Shown piece by piece: positions 10,461-20,068 of a stretch of DNA of 64,000 nt; the first letter of the stretch is position 1, and each line of letters opens with the position of its first letter. Source of the stretch: Candidatus Daviesbacteria bacterium (lineage in GTDB: Bacteria; Patescibacteriota; Microgenomatia; Daviesbacterales; UBA10151); assembly GCA_016176405.1 (NCBI GenBank), contig JACOXG010000004.1, forward strand, positions 9,082-73,081. The letters run 5' to 3'. Below the pieces are notes generated by a model. The model ran no database searches and was not told the origin of the DNA. It worked only from the letters and a program-made list of their open reading frames with translations. The position numbers and the translations under genes are program-made.

Positions 10461-10829
10461 ATGGCCAAAGTTTTGATTGTTGAAGATGATCCTATCTTGC
10501 TAAAAATCTATCATAAAAAATTTGAGATAGAAGGATTTCAAGTAGAGACTGCCATAGATGGAGAGACAGGACTAACAAAGATAAAAACTATCATGCCAAA
10601 CCTTGTTTTAATGGATATCATGTTGCCTAAGATGAATGGGATTGATGCCATGGAAAAAGCCAAGGCAGATCCACAAACTGCCAACATCCCCTTTTTGATC
10701 TTGACCAATCTGTCTACTTCCTCTGATGCTCAGGAAGCGATGAAAAAAGGAGCAGTGGGATTTTTAGTTAAATCAGCTGTCACCCCTGCTCAGGTGGTTG
10801 CCAAAGTCAAAGAAATTCTCAAAATTTAA
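10461..10829 (+). CDS. Single-domain response regulator (CheY-like receiver)
   Basis: Receiver motifs VLIVEDD..., phospho-acceptor Asp in LVLMDIMLP, conserved T/K positions; no output domain. Confidence 0.85.
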   Translation: MAKVLIVEDDPILLKIYHKKFEIEGFQVETAIDGETGLTKIKTIMPNLVLMDIMLPKMNGIDAMEKAKADPQTANIPFLILTNLSTSSDAQEAMKKGAVGFLVKSAVTPAQVVAKVKEILKI

Positions 10830-10850
10830 GATATATGCTACACTTAATCT

Positions 10851-12569
10851 ATGCAGCTAGATCCTGCCTCAGCAGTTACCAAAACTACCACCAGTTTAGA
10901 TGATAATAAACTGACTCAGCTTCTGGTTGGGAGCGAGATTATATCCCAACAAGATATAGAGCACGCCAAAGAACTATCTTCTCAAAAAAAGATTTCACTA
11001 TATGAAGCCATCTTAGAAAAAGATCTGATCACAGATGAAAATTTAGGCAAAATTATTGCAGATAACTTTGGGGTACCACCTGTGACTTTAACCAAAGTCT
11101 CCATCCCGGTCAATCTGTTACATATCTTGCCAGAGAGTGTGGCTGAAAAGCAGCAAACATTAATTTTTGGTGCTGATAAAAATATTTTAAAAGTGGCCAC
11201 CACCAATCCTCAAAATAAAGACTTCTTACAGATGTTAGGAAAAAAGGCTGGCCAAAAAATACAAATCTACTATGCCACCCCCAGAGAGATTAAAAAAAGT
11301 CTCAACGTCTATAAGAAAGAGATGCTTTTGACCTTTGATGAACTGCTCAAGGAACAAATTAATAAAGCTGATAAATCCGGAGTAAAAAATGATGCTCCGA
11401 TTGCCAAAATTGTCGATACTTTAATTGAATATGCTTACAGATCAGCTGCCTCAGATATTCATATTGAACCTGAGGAAGAGAAGGTCTTGGTTAGATTTAG
11501 AATTGATGGAGTTTTACATGATGAACTGGATCTGCCACCCACCTTGCATGAACAGATTGTCACCAGAATTAAGGTTTTATCAAAACTTAGAATTGATGAA
11601 CATTTGAGCGCCCAGGATGGTAAGTTACAAGCTAAGCTGGAAGATGAAGATTTAGATGTCAGGGTGTCAATTGTGCCGGTGGTAGGTGGGGAAAAGGTGG
11701 TGTTGAGACTTTTGACTTCTCATTACAGACAATTTGGTTTAACAGATTTGGGCATGAACCCCAAAGATTTGGAAAAGGTCAAAAAGGCTTTTGAAAAACC
11801 TTTTGGTATGATTTTATCATCAGGTCCGACCGGTTCGGGTAAAACTACCACCATTTATGCCATTTTAAAAATTTTAAATACCAGAGATAAAAATATTGCC
11901 ACGGTAGAGGATCCGGTAGAGTATGAAATAGAGGGCATTAATCAAATACAGGTTAATCCCAAAACTAATTTAACTTTTGCCGAAGGTTTAAGATCAATCT
12001 TAAGACAAGATCCAGATATTATATATGTAGGAGAGATCAGGGATGAGGAAACTGCCGGAATTGCCATCAATTCTGCCATGACCGGACATTTGGTTTTATC
12101 AACTTTGCACACTAATAATGCAGCCACCGGTCTGCCAAGGTTAATTGATATGAAAATTGAACCATTTTTGGTCTCATCCACCGTTAATGCCATGATTGGT
12201 CAAAGGCTGGTCAGAAAGATTTGTGACAGGTGTAAATATTCTTACACGCAGAAATTGGAAGAATTAGTTAAGCAATACTCCAAAGAGATGATTGAGAAAC
12301 ATCTGGGTACTGAGGCTGAAACCAGACTCTATAAAGGCAAGGGCTGTAATGTTTGTCATATGAGTGGTTATTTAGGCAGAATAGGCATTTTTGAAGTATT
12401 GGAGTTGTCCCCCACCATTAAAGATATGATTCTTAAAAAAACAGATGCTGATACGATTAATGCACAAGCCATTAAAGATGGTATGACCACCATGTATGAG
12501 GATGGTTTGGATAAAGTTCAATTGGGATTAACCACTATCGAGGAGGTGCTTAGAGCAACCAGCGAATGA
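10851..12569 (+). CDS. pilB: Type IV pilus assembly / type II secretion ATPase (PilB/GspE family)
   Basis: Walker A GPTGSGKTTT, Asp/His boxes, tetracysteine CDRC...CNVC motif, N-terminal GSPII_E N-domain. Confidence 0.9.
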   Translation: MQLDPASAVTKTTTSLDDNKLTQLLVGSEIISQQDIEHAKELSSQKKISLYEAILEKDLITDENLGKIIADNFGVPPVTLTKVSIPVNLLHILPESVAEKQQTLIFGADKNILKVATTNPQNKDFLQMLGKKAGQKIQIYYATPREIKKSLNVYKKEMLLTFDELLKEQINKADKSGVKNDAPIAKIVDTLIEYAYRSAASDIHIEPEEEKVLVRFRIDGVLHDELDLPPTLHEQIVTRIKVLSKLRIDEHLSAQDGKLQAKLEDEDLDVRVSIVPVVGGEKVVLRLLTSHYRQFGLTDLGMNPKDLEKVKKAFEKPFGMILSSGPTGSGKTTTIYAILKILNTRDKNIATVEDPVEYEIEGINQIQVNPKTNLTFAEGLRSILRQDPDIIYVGEIRDEETAGIAINSAMTGHLVLSTLHTNNAATGLPRLIDMKIEPFLVSSTVNAMIGQRLVRKICDRCKYSYTQKLEELVKQYSKEMIEKHLGTEAETRLYKGKGCNVCHMSGYLGRIGIFEVLELSPTIKDMILKKTDADTINAQAIKDGMTTMYEDGLDKVQLGLTTIEEVLRATSE

Positions 12570-13642
12570 AACTGCCTGTCCTAAATTCAATATTTTTTAG
12601 GATCACCCTTTTAGACAAAGTGCTTTTTTCTAAACATTTAGCCATTATGTTAAAAAGCGGCATCCCGATTGCTGAAGCAATTATTTCTTTGAGAGATCAA
12701 ACCACCAATATGGCTTTTAAAGAAGTTTTAGCTGCAGTTACTGCTGATGTGGAAAATGGACAAAGCTTGGAAAAATCTTTATCAAAACATCCAAAAGTAT
12801 TTAATACTTTATATCTAAGTTTAGTCTCAACAGGTGAGAAAAGTGGAAATTTAGAAGAAAATTTAGATTATTTGGCTCAACAGCTTCGAAAAAGTTATGA
12901 TTTTGACAAAAAAATTCAGGGAGCCACTCTTTACCCAAAAATTGTACTTGCTGCCACAGCCATTATGGGAGGAACATTATCTTTGTTTGTTTTACCTCAA
13001 CTGGTGACTCTGTTTGCCTCATTAGATGTCAAACTGCCTCTGTCTACTAAAATTTTATTATTTTTTGCCAATACCATGAAAAATTTTGGTGTTTTTATAG
13101 CCTTAGGCTTAGTTATCGCCGCTATCATAGCTTCTCTTGTTTTAAAAACTCCCATCATTAAACCTCTCTGGCATAGATTTTTGATTAGATTGCCAATTTT
13201 TGGCAAGCTGATTCAAAATATAGAACTGGCCAATATCTGTCGAAACTTGGGGATTATGTTAAAGAGTGGTTTAACGGTGACCCAATCTCTTGATGCCCAA
13301 TTTGAAGCCACCCAAAATTTAGTCTTTAAAGATTATTTAGACCATTTAAGAAAAGCAGTAGAAAAAGGGAAAAAAATATCTGATGAGATGTCAGTCACTA
13401 AGTTTAAGTTTATCCCTGCCATAGTTCCCAAGATGGTGGGAGTAGGAGAACAAACAGGTAAGCTAGAAGATGTCTTGATATATTTGGGAGATTTTTTTGA
13501 GGAAGAAGCTGATGATGCCACTAAAAATTTATCAACCACCATCGAGCCAATTCTTTTGCTGATAGTCGGGACAGTGGTGGGATTTGTGGCTTTGGCTATA
13601 GTTACTCCCATCTATGACCTGACATCTGGTATCAAAAAATGA
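12566..13642 (+). CDS. pilC: Type IV pilus platform protein (PilC/GspF family)
   Basis: GspF-type repeated domains and 3 TM segments; translationally coupled to pilB (overlapping stop/start). Confidence 0.85.
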   Translation: MKLPVLNSIFFRITLLDKVLFSKHLAIMLKSGIPIAEAIISLRDQTTNMAFKEVLAAVTADVENGQSLEKSLSKHPKVFNTLYLSLVSTGEKSGNLEENLDYLAQQLRKSYDFDKKIQGATLYPKIVLAATAIMGGTLSLFVLPQLVTLFASLDVKLPLSTKILLFFANTMKNFGVFIALGLVIAAIIASLVLKTPIIKPLWHRFLIRLPIFGKLIQNIELANICRNLGIMLKSGLTVTQSLDAQFEATQNLVFKDYLDHLRKAVEKGKKISDEMSVTKFKFIPAIVPKMVGVGEQTGKLEDVLIYLGDFFEEEADDATKNLSTTIEPILLLIVGTVVGFVALAIVTPIYDLTSGIKK

Positions 13643-14115
13643 GCAAGCTCTTTTCTTCGAAAATGAACAAGTTCTTTTCTTCGAAAATGAGAGGGATCAC
13701 CCTGATTGAATTGCTCATTGTGATTGCTTTAGTTTTAATTGTTTCTGCCATGGGGCCAATCTTTTATTCCAGATTTTTATTACAAAATGCAGTGGAAGAT
13801 ACTGCCAATCAAATATCTGGCAGTTTAAGAAAAGCCCAGACCTATGCCATGATGGGAAAACAGGGTAGTGCTTGGTCCCTAAATTATTCTTCAAACACCC
13901 TAACTTTATATAAAGGTACTAACTTTGCCTTAAGAGATAGCTCATTTGATGAGAAGTTTGATATCAATCCTAATGTAACTATTTCCGGGACAGATATTTC
14001 ATTTGCCAAAGTCACTGGCTTACCAACTCCATCCTCTGCTACTATTACCATCACTTCTGGCAATAATTCTAAAACTTTAACTGTTAACAATCAAGGAGTG
14101 GTCTCAAGACAATGA
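13639..14115 (+). CDS. Prepilin-type N-terminal cleavage/methylation domain protein (pseudopilin/minor pilin)
   Basis: Class III signal MRG|ITLIELLIVIALVLIVSA; three in-frame Met starts created by a 24-bp tandem duplication; true start probably 13687. Confidence 0.7.
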   Translation: MSKLFSSKMNKFFSSKMRGITLIELLIVIALVLIVSAMGPIFYSRFLLQNAVEDTANQISGSLRKAQTYAMMGKQGSAWSLNYSSNTLTLYKGTNFALRDSSFDEKFDINPNVTISGTDISFAKVTGLPTPSSATITITSGNNSKTLTVNNQGVVSRQ

Positions 14116-16028
14116 AAAAGGCAACTGCCCTGAGCGATCCTGAGCGAGCGAAGCGAGTCGAAGGAGAGTCGAAGGGTTTTTCAATCTTAGAAGTCATTTT
14201 AGCCGCAGCCTTGTTTGTGACTTTTTCAGTAGGGGCAATAACCGTGGTGGTGTCCGGTTATAATGCCAATAGGTTAGGAGCAGAATTTAGTGTGGCTAAC
14301 CAGTTTGCCTCAGAAGGCATGGAGGCAGTTAAATCAATCAAAAATCAATCCTACTGTGACTTGGCAGCAGTTAGCTCATCAACCAGGGGACTTCTAAGAA
14401 CTGGAGGTGTCTGGGCTTTTGATGCTGACGGGACTGATGACCGTCTGACTCACAACAGTAGCGATGATTTTATCAGAACTGTTAAGGTGGAAAGAGTTCG
14501 AAGAAATGCTGCCGGGGATATTGTCATCTCAGGTGGAACAGTAGATTCTTATAGCAAAAAAATTACCTCAACGGTCAATTGGAATTTTAACACAGCCAGG
14601 CCTGAATCAATCAGCTTAGTCTCTTATTTGTCTGATTGGAGAAGACCGATCCCTGGGGGTAGTAACGGAATAATTATTTATACTGGTGAAGGCTCAAACA
14701 CACCAACCTATAGGATTTACGATGTTTGCTCTAATTCCTTTGGGCCAGAGTTTTCAACAGTGGCTGGGGGTCTTGGAAAAAATTTTGTGACTAGAACCTC
14801 GCCCACCAAAGGAGAAGTCATTGTAGGATATGGTGATAATTCAAACCCCCAGATACTTAGGGTGATGTGTTTTGATGGAGCAACTTGGAGTATTGAATGG
14901 TCAGCCACAGTTGGAGGAGATGGTAGCGGAACTAACGCTACTACCAGGCGATTTGATATTGCTTATGAAACCAATTCTGGTGATGTGCTGGTGGTATATT
15001 CCACTAATTCAGGCACAAATGAAATAGGTTATAAAACCAAGCCTGGTTCAGCAGACTGTGGTGCTAGTAATTGGGTTTCCTATCCTAACATTGATTCACC
15101 AGGAACCTCAGGTACTGTTACCTGGGTCACCATGGCTTGGGATCGAAGATCTACTTCCAATTTGATTGCAGCTGTTTGGGCTGATACTGCTAATGATTTG
15201 CAAGGAGCTGTTTGGGATGGGGATACCAACAGTTGGGTTCAAAGGACTACAGCCATGGATACATCACTGGCTCTTGGTTCAATTCAAGACGTAGAGTTTG
15301 AGTCAGTTTCTGGTGATATTATGGTAGTTTGGGCAAATGTGGCTGGTAATAATGGGACCAATGGAGCGCGTTACATGACTTGCGTAGGAGGAACAGCTAA
15401 CTGTACCTGGGATGCATCTGCCCAAACACCGCCCACTTTTTTGGATGCTGCGCAGAACTTAGATATAGCTGCCAACCCGCTAGATAATCAGCTTCTTTTT
15501 GCCTCTATTGGCTTCGATCCTAATGATTCAGGTGGACAGGATTTACAAGTTGGTCGCTGGGATGGTAGTGCCTGGGCCAATGTGGCCAATGTTGATACCT
15601 CTAGCAAGCCTCCCTTAGGAGCCGTGAGTAAAATGGTGGCTAATGGATGGTTAATTGCTGGTTCCACAGTCAGAGGAATAGTGGTTTATGTAGATAACGT
15701 AACTACTGGAGTAATCAGCTATCTAGTGATGACACCCTGTGGCCCCCCATATCCTTGTTCCCCGTCTTGGAGTGGCCTGCAGACTGCCAGCCCTGCACCC
15801 ACCATGGGAGGTAATCAGCTTTGGAATGATATTCAAATGGATCCTATTAATCAAGAATCCTTAATCTTAACTGCCTCCAATTTTACAAATGACTTGTTTG
15901 CTAAAAGATTGGTGATGACTGCTGGCCCCACTCTTACCTGGACTGATGCTAATAATGGCTCAGTTCTAGAGTTGGATTTGGGACAAAACAGCAGGAGTCC
16001 TTTCAGTTTTGCCTATTGGAGATACTGA
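14112..16028 (+). CDS. Large (638 aa) prepilin-type N-terminal domain protein (pilus-associated minor pilin/adhesin candidate)
   Basis: KGFSILEVILAAALFVTF prepilin cleavage/methylation motif after an unusually long 22-aa leader; Gly/Thr/Ser/Asn-rich beta-rich remainder. Confidence 0.6.
   Translation: MKKATALSDPERAKRVEGESKGFSILEVILAAALFVTFSVGAITVVVSGYNANRLGAEFSVANQFASEGMEAVKSIKNQSYCDLAAVSSSTRGLLRTGGVWAFDADGTDDRLTHNSSDDFIRTVKVERVRRNAAGDIVISGGTVDSYSKKITSTVNWNFNTARPESISLVSYLSDWRRPIPGGSNGIIIYTGEGSNTPTYRIYDVCSNSFGPEFSTVAGGLGKNFVTRTSPTKGEVIVGYGDNSNPQILRVMCFDGATWSIEWSATVGGDGSGTNATTRRFDIAYETNSGDVLVVYSTNSGTNEIGYKTKPGSADCGASNWVSYPNIDSPGTSGTVTWVTMAWDRRSTSNLIAAVWADTANDLQGAVWDGDTNSWVQRTTAMDTSLALGSIQDVEFESVSGDIMVVWANVAGNNGTNGARYMTCVGGTANCTWDASAQTPPTFLDAAQNLDIAANPLDNQLLFASIGFDPNDSGGQDLQVGRWDGSAWANVANVDTSSKPPLGAVSKMVANGWLIAGSTVRGIVVYVDNVTTGVISYLVMTPCGPPYPCSPSWSGLQTASPAPTMGGNQLWNDIQMDPINQESLILTASNFTNDLFAKRLVMTAGPTLTWTDANNGSVLELDLGQNSRSPFSFAYWRY
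14128..14176. repeat. GC-rich repeat insert (ccctgagcgatcctgagcgagcgaagcgagtcgaaggagagtcgaaggg) in the leader-coding region of the large pilin gene
   Basis: Local GC far above flanks; internal direct repeats (cctgagcga x2; gagtcgaagg x2); encodes LSDPERAKRVEGESKG. Confidence 0.6.
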
Positions 16029-16528
16029 TGATGGGAAAGCAAAAGGGTTTTACTTTCATTGAAATTATTCTATATGTCGTGATTGTTTCCATTATGATGG
16101 CTGCTTTAATTCCTTTTGCCTGGGATGTGATTGGAGGAGCTTCTAAAAGCGGTGCTCAGCAAGAGGTTTTTTCTCAAGCCAGGTTTGTTTCTGAAAGAAT
16201 TAAATATGAGATTAGGAATGCTAGTGGGATTACCTCGGTTGGAGCCAGTAGTATTAGTTTAACTAATTTTTCTCCAGATACTACCACTGTAATAGATCTT
16301 TCTGGAGGAAAGATTAGAATTAATAAAAACGGAGCAGGTGCAGTTAATTTAAATTCTGATGATACAAATGTTACTAATTTAACATTTACCAACTATACCT
16401 CGGGGGACAATAAAACCAAGCATATCCAATTTAGCTTTACCATAGATGATAATTATGGTAGTTCAAGGCAAGAATATGATGTTCCAGTCCAGACTATCCA
16501 GGGCAGTGCAGAAGTAAGGAGTAATTAA
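16016..16528 (+). CDS. Prepilin-type pseudopilin
   Basis: KGFTFIEIILYVVIVSIMMA class III signal motif. Confidence 0.7.
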   Translation: MEILMMGKQKGFTFIEIILYVVIVSIMMAALIPFAWDVIGGASKSGAQQEVFSQARFVSERIKYEIRNASGITSVGASSISLTNFSPDTTTVIDLSGGKIRINKNGAGAVNLNSDDTNVTNLTFTNYTSGDNKTKHIQFSFTIDDNYGSSRQEYDVPVQTIQGSAEVRSN

Positions 16529-16909
16529 ATGAAAGAGAAAGGATTCGTAGCCATTTCTGTAGTTTTAATTTTAATAGTAGTAGTTTTATCAATTGGTGCC
16601 ACCGTTACTTATTTATCTATTGGAGAAGGCCAATCAGGTTTAATTCTATACCAAGGTGAGGATAATCTTAGCTTTGTAGAAGGTTGTGCTGAGGATGTGA
16701 TGGTTAAAGTTAGATCCAATAGTGCTTTTAATGATACCTCAATCAGTCGGCCTGAGGGAACTTGTTCAATTACTTATAACTTGGGAGGGCCAACTGATTG
16801 GGATATTACTGTTTCCTCATCAACCACCACCAATGTCCAAAGAAAAATTCAAGTAATCTTTGTCAGAAATCCGACAGGAATAACTTTAACTAGTTGGAGG
16901 GAGATTTAA
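16529..16909 (+). CDS. Pilin-like protein (PilX-like minor pilin candidate)
   Basis: N-terminal KGFVAISVVLILIVVV hydrophobic prepilin-like segment; operonic with other pilins. Confidence 0.5.
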   Translation: MKEKGFVAISVVLILIVVVLSIGATVTYLSIGEGQSGLILYQGEDNLSFVEGCAEDVMVKVRSNSAFNDTSISRPEGTCSITYNLGGPTDWDITVSSSTTTNVQRKIQVIFVRNPTGITLTSWREI

Positions 16910-16912
16910 TTT

Positions 16913-18364
16913 TCACTTACGTTTGAAAATAAAAGCGTATGGATCATCATAGATTATTTCCCATTTTCCTTCCTGAACAAGTTGGATTAATCTGCCAAAA
17001 AGTGGTTTTTGAATTGAGATATAAACTAAATCATATTTAGTTTGATCAATATCAGTTTGGTTAGTTTCAATTAAAACATAATTATAAAAGGCATTGTAGC
17101 CTGTCTCGTCCTGCCAAAAAGCCATCCTGCCATCAATGGTAGGTTTTATCTTAGGATAGTTCCAAATTAACCACCCTCCGAAGTTAAAGTCTGAAAGAAG
17201 TGTGGAGGAATCTAGATGAGACTCTAAAAATTCAGCTGATTTTGGAGAACAATACAAATAATTACAATATGTGTCCCAGTTCATCGGGACAGATTTCAAA
17301 TCAGGTATCTTTATAAAGATGATAAAGATTAATCCTAAAATTAGCATGATACTTATCAGGATATTTTTAAGAAAGTTGCTTAATTTATCACTAAATGAAA
17401 ATAAGTGTTTAATAATAGGAATTGATAGTAAAAGTGTCACCCAAATATATCTTCTGATCTCAAAAGAGGCAAAGAGCAGGGCAAAAGCTAAAAGTATAAA
17501 GTAGGCATATTCAAAAAGCTTCTTTTTATAAATGATAATTAAACTACCAATTCCTATAAGAAACAGCCAAACATATAATTGCCACCAAAAAAAAGAATAA
17601 TCATCAACCGGACTCCATTCTTGAATATATTTTTGTGAAGTATTAGAAGCATGCCTAAAAACTTCTTTATAAATATCTGCACCGAAAGGGTTAATAAAAG
17701 TTACTAATACTGATGATAAAAAAATTACGCTTAAAAATTTTGCTTCATACTTAAGCTTAGAAAAATCCTTACTTTTTAAGAAATCTATACCTAGTTTAAA
17801 AGCTATCCAAATTAAAAATAAACCTAAACCTAATACAAATTGGCCATGAAAATTCACCCAGATTAAAAAAAGTGGAGGCAGTAAAAGTAGTGCTTTTTTA
17901 CTATTTTTTGAAAGAATGTAAAAAAGTATTGATAATCCTAAAAAGGATAGCATGTATCCTCTGAATGAATTTCTAAAAAGAGGGGCTTCAAAAAGTAAAA
18001 CTAGGGGTAAAACAAAGGTTTCCTGAAAAAGAGTCAGTTTTGAGGCTTTGGAAAAAAAGAAAAAGGTGAGTGTTAAAACTACTGCTGCGAGGATAGATAT
18101 ACCCCAAAAACCCCCCAGATAATAGGCCAGATATGTTATAACATCAGTTAACCAGGCTGAGTTAATGTATTTATAATCAGGCATTTCAACGGAAAAAGTG
18201 TTATTCATGAGGATTTGGCGATGTTGAAAAAAATATTCTCCGTATTTTAAATGCCAGCCTAAATCAGGGTCTTTTGGTATATACAAACAGAAGATAAAAA
18301 TGAAGGAGTAGATAAAAATTCGTAGTAAAAATGGGGTCTTGACAAACTTCAAAAACTTTGTCAT
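16913..18364 (-). CDS. Polytopic membrane protein, GT-C-fold glycosyltransferase-like (about 12 TM + C-terminal soluble domain)
   Basis: Hydropathy pattern and size only; divergent to the major pilin gene. Confidence 0.35.
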   Translation of the reverse strand: MTKFLKFVKTPFLLRIFIYSFIFIFCLYIPKDPDLGWHLKYGEYFFQHRQILMNNTFSVEMPDYKYINSAWLTDVITYLAYYLGGFWGISILAAVVLTLTFFFFSKASKLTLFQETFVLPLVLLFEAPLFRNSFRGYMLSFLGLSILFYILSKNSKKALLLLPPLFLIWVNFHGQFVLGLGLFLIWIAFKLGIDFLKSKDFSKLKYEAKFLSVIFLSSVLVTFINPFGADIYKEVFRHASNTSQKYIQEWSPVDDYSFFWWQLYVWLFLIGIGSLIIIYKKKLFEYAYFILLAFALLFASFEIRRYIWVTLLLSIPIIKHLFSFSDKLSNFLKNILISIMLILGLIFIIFIKIPDLKSVPMNWDTYCNYLYCSPKSAEFLESHLDSSTLLSDFNFGGWLIWNYPKIKPTIDGRMAFWQDETGYNAFYNYVLIETNQTDIDQTKYDLVYISIQKPLFGRLIQLVQEGKWEIIYDDPYAFIFKRK

Positions 18365-18909
18365 TGTTAAATCATAGCATGAAAAAGTTTCTGCCCAAGC
18401 TTTTTAAAGGTACTTCAGGTTTTACTTTAATTGAACTTTTAGTTGCTTTAACCATTGTCACTATTTTGGCTGTGGCTGTTTATGTTGCCCTAAATCCAGC
18501 CCAAAGATTAAAAGATTCTAAAGATGCCAGAAGAACTGCGGATATTGAATCAATACTAACAGCCATCCATCAATCAATTGTTGATAATAAGGGTACATAT
18601 CCTACTAATATGCCTGCTGATGGTACTGTTAGACAAATAGGAACTGGAAATGCTACAGATTGTCCAGTATCAGTTGGCACAGATTGTAATACTACTGATA
18701 TAACAGGATATGCTACTGTCTGTGCAGATTTAATGGCGGGTGGTCAAAATCTAAGCAACTATTTAGCCTCCATACCTCTTGATCCGTTGGGAGGATCAAC
18801 TGCTAATGCTGTTAAAACAGGATATGCTGTTGGAAAAACTTCAGTTGGTATTGTCACTGTTTACGCTTGCCACACAGATGGAACCTCTGTCATTAAGGTT
18901 TCCAGATAA
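18358..18909 (+). CDS. Type IV pilin (PilA-like, major pilin candidate)
   Basis: KGTSG|FTLIELLVALTIVTILAVAV canonical prepilin peptidase site with Glu5; Cys pair near C-terminus. Confidence 0.75.
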   Translation: MSLLNHSMKKFLPKLFKGTSGFTLIELLVALTIVTILAVAVYVALNPAQRLKDSKDARRTADIESILTAIHQSIVDNKGTYPTNMPADGTVRQIGTGNATDCPVSVGTDCNTTDITGYATVCADLMAGGQNLSNYLASIPLDPLGGSTANAVKTGYAVGKTSVGIVTVYACHTDGTSVIKVSR

Positions 18910-18940
18910 CTCCTTTTTCTGCTAATATATTATTACTGCT

Positions 18941-20023
18941 ATGTTTTCCTTAAACTCTAAAAGTTTAATTTTTATTAAAAAAGAAAAATTAGAGTTTTTT
19001 ATGGGTAAAATTAGGGATGAGTTAATTTTTCCCCCCTCAACTGTTTCCAATCTGGAGATTTTAAATATGGAAGCTTTCGAAAAAAGTGTCAGTGATTTTT
19101 TAGCTAAATTTAAGCTTAAGAAAAATAAACTACTGATTGTTTTATCTGAGGATATGAATTTTCAAAAGGATCTGCCTAAAAATCTGGATGAACAGTTAGA
19201 AGTCAAGGTCTCTGAATTTTTAAATACTGTACCTTTTGAGCCAGGCAAAATTGCCTTCAAAAAAATAGAGAAAGGTGAAACAGTGGAAATGTTTGCTGCC
19301 AATAGAACTTTTTTCAAAGTAATACAAAAGGTGGCTACAGCTGCCGGAGCTCAAATTTTAGGGATAGTACCGCTTTCAATTTTTAAAGAAAAGTATGGGT
19401 TGGGAACAGAACTTGATGAAGGTGGAGCTAAAAAAATTCTCTCTGACAAAAAATTAATTATAGCCGGAAATTTTCTGTCTGAGGAAGAGGGTCATATTGA
19501 GCCTGCCAAATTAAAATTCTCCAGGGTGCTGGTGATGATCATAATTTTTGGGGTATATGGGGGTGGTGGAATTATGGTATTGGGAATTTTACTGGGTTTG
19601 ATAGAGAATCCTTTTCCCTTCCTGCCGTTAGGGCCCGCCTTAAAGCCCCCTGTTCAGACCCAGGAGGTACAACCTAAAGTTTCTACTAATGAGGCGACTG
19701 AATCAGCCTCAGAGGCCACTGAATCTGCCAAAATTAGTAATCCTGATTTAAAAATCCAAGTCCTTAATGGATCAGGCATTGCTGGGCAAGCTACGGCTGT
19801 ACAAAAGCAAATTACTGATTTGGGCTTTGCCAGTGTGGAAATAGGCAATGCTTTAGGAACAGGTTCTACTGATACTACGGTGGTTTTTTCACCTAAAGTT
19901 ACTACTTCTGATCGGGATATCATAAAAAAAGAGCTGGAAAAAACTTTGCAAAAAGTTAATACCCAAGAGGGTGCAGAAGATGCAGAATTTGATGTAATCA
20001 TTACCACCGGCAGCTATTCTTAA
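18941..20023 (+). CDS. Membrane protein with C-terminal LytR_C-like domain
   Basis: Central TM; C-terminal KIQVLNGSGIAGQATAVQKQITDLGF..VEIGNA resembles LytR_C; Glu/Thr/Ser-rich linker. Confidence 0.45.
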   Translation: MFSLNSKSLIFIKKEKLEFFMGKIRDELIFPPSTVSNLEILNMEAFEKSVSDFLAKFKLKKNKLLIVLSEDMNFQKDLPKNLDEQLEVKVSEFLNTVPFEPGKIAFKKIEKGETVEMFAANRTFFKVIQKVATAAGAQILGIVPLSIFKEKYGLGTELDEGGAKKILSDKKLIIAGNFLSEEEGHIEPAKLKFSRVLVMIIIFGVYGGGGIMVLGILLGLIENPFPFLPLGPALKPPVQTQEVQPKVSTNEATESASEATESAKISNPDLKIQVLNGSGIAGQATAVQKQITDLGFASVEIGNALGTGSTDTTVVFSPKVTTSDRDIIKKELEKTLQKVNTQEGAEDAEFDVIITTGSYS

Positions 20024-20068
20024 GAAGTTAATTTGCTTTTTTAAACTCTCTATGCTAGAAAATGGCTG

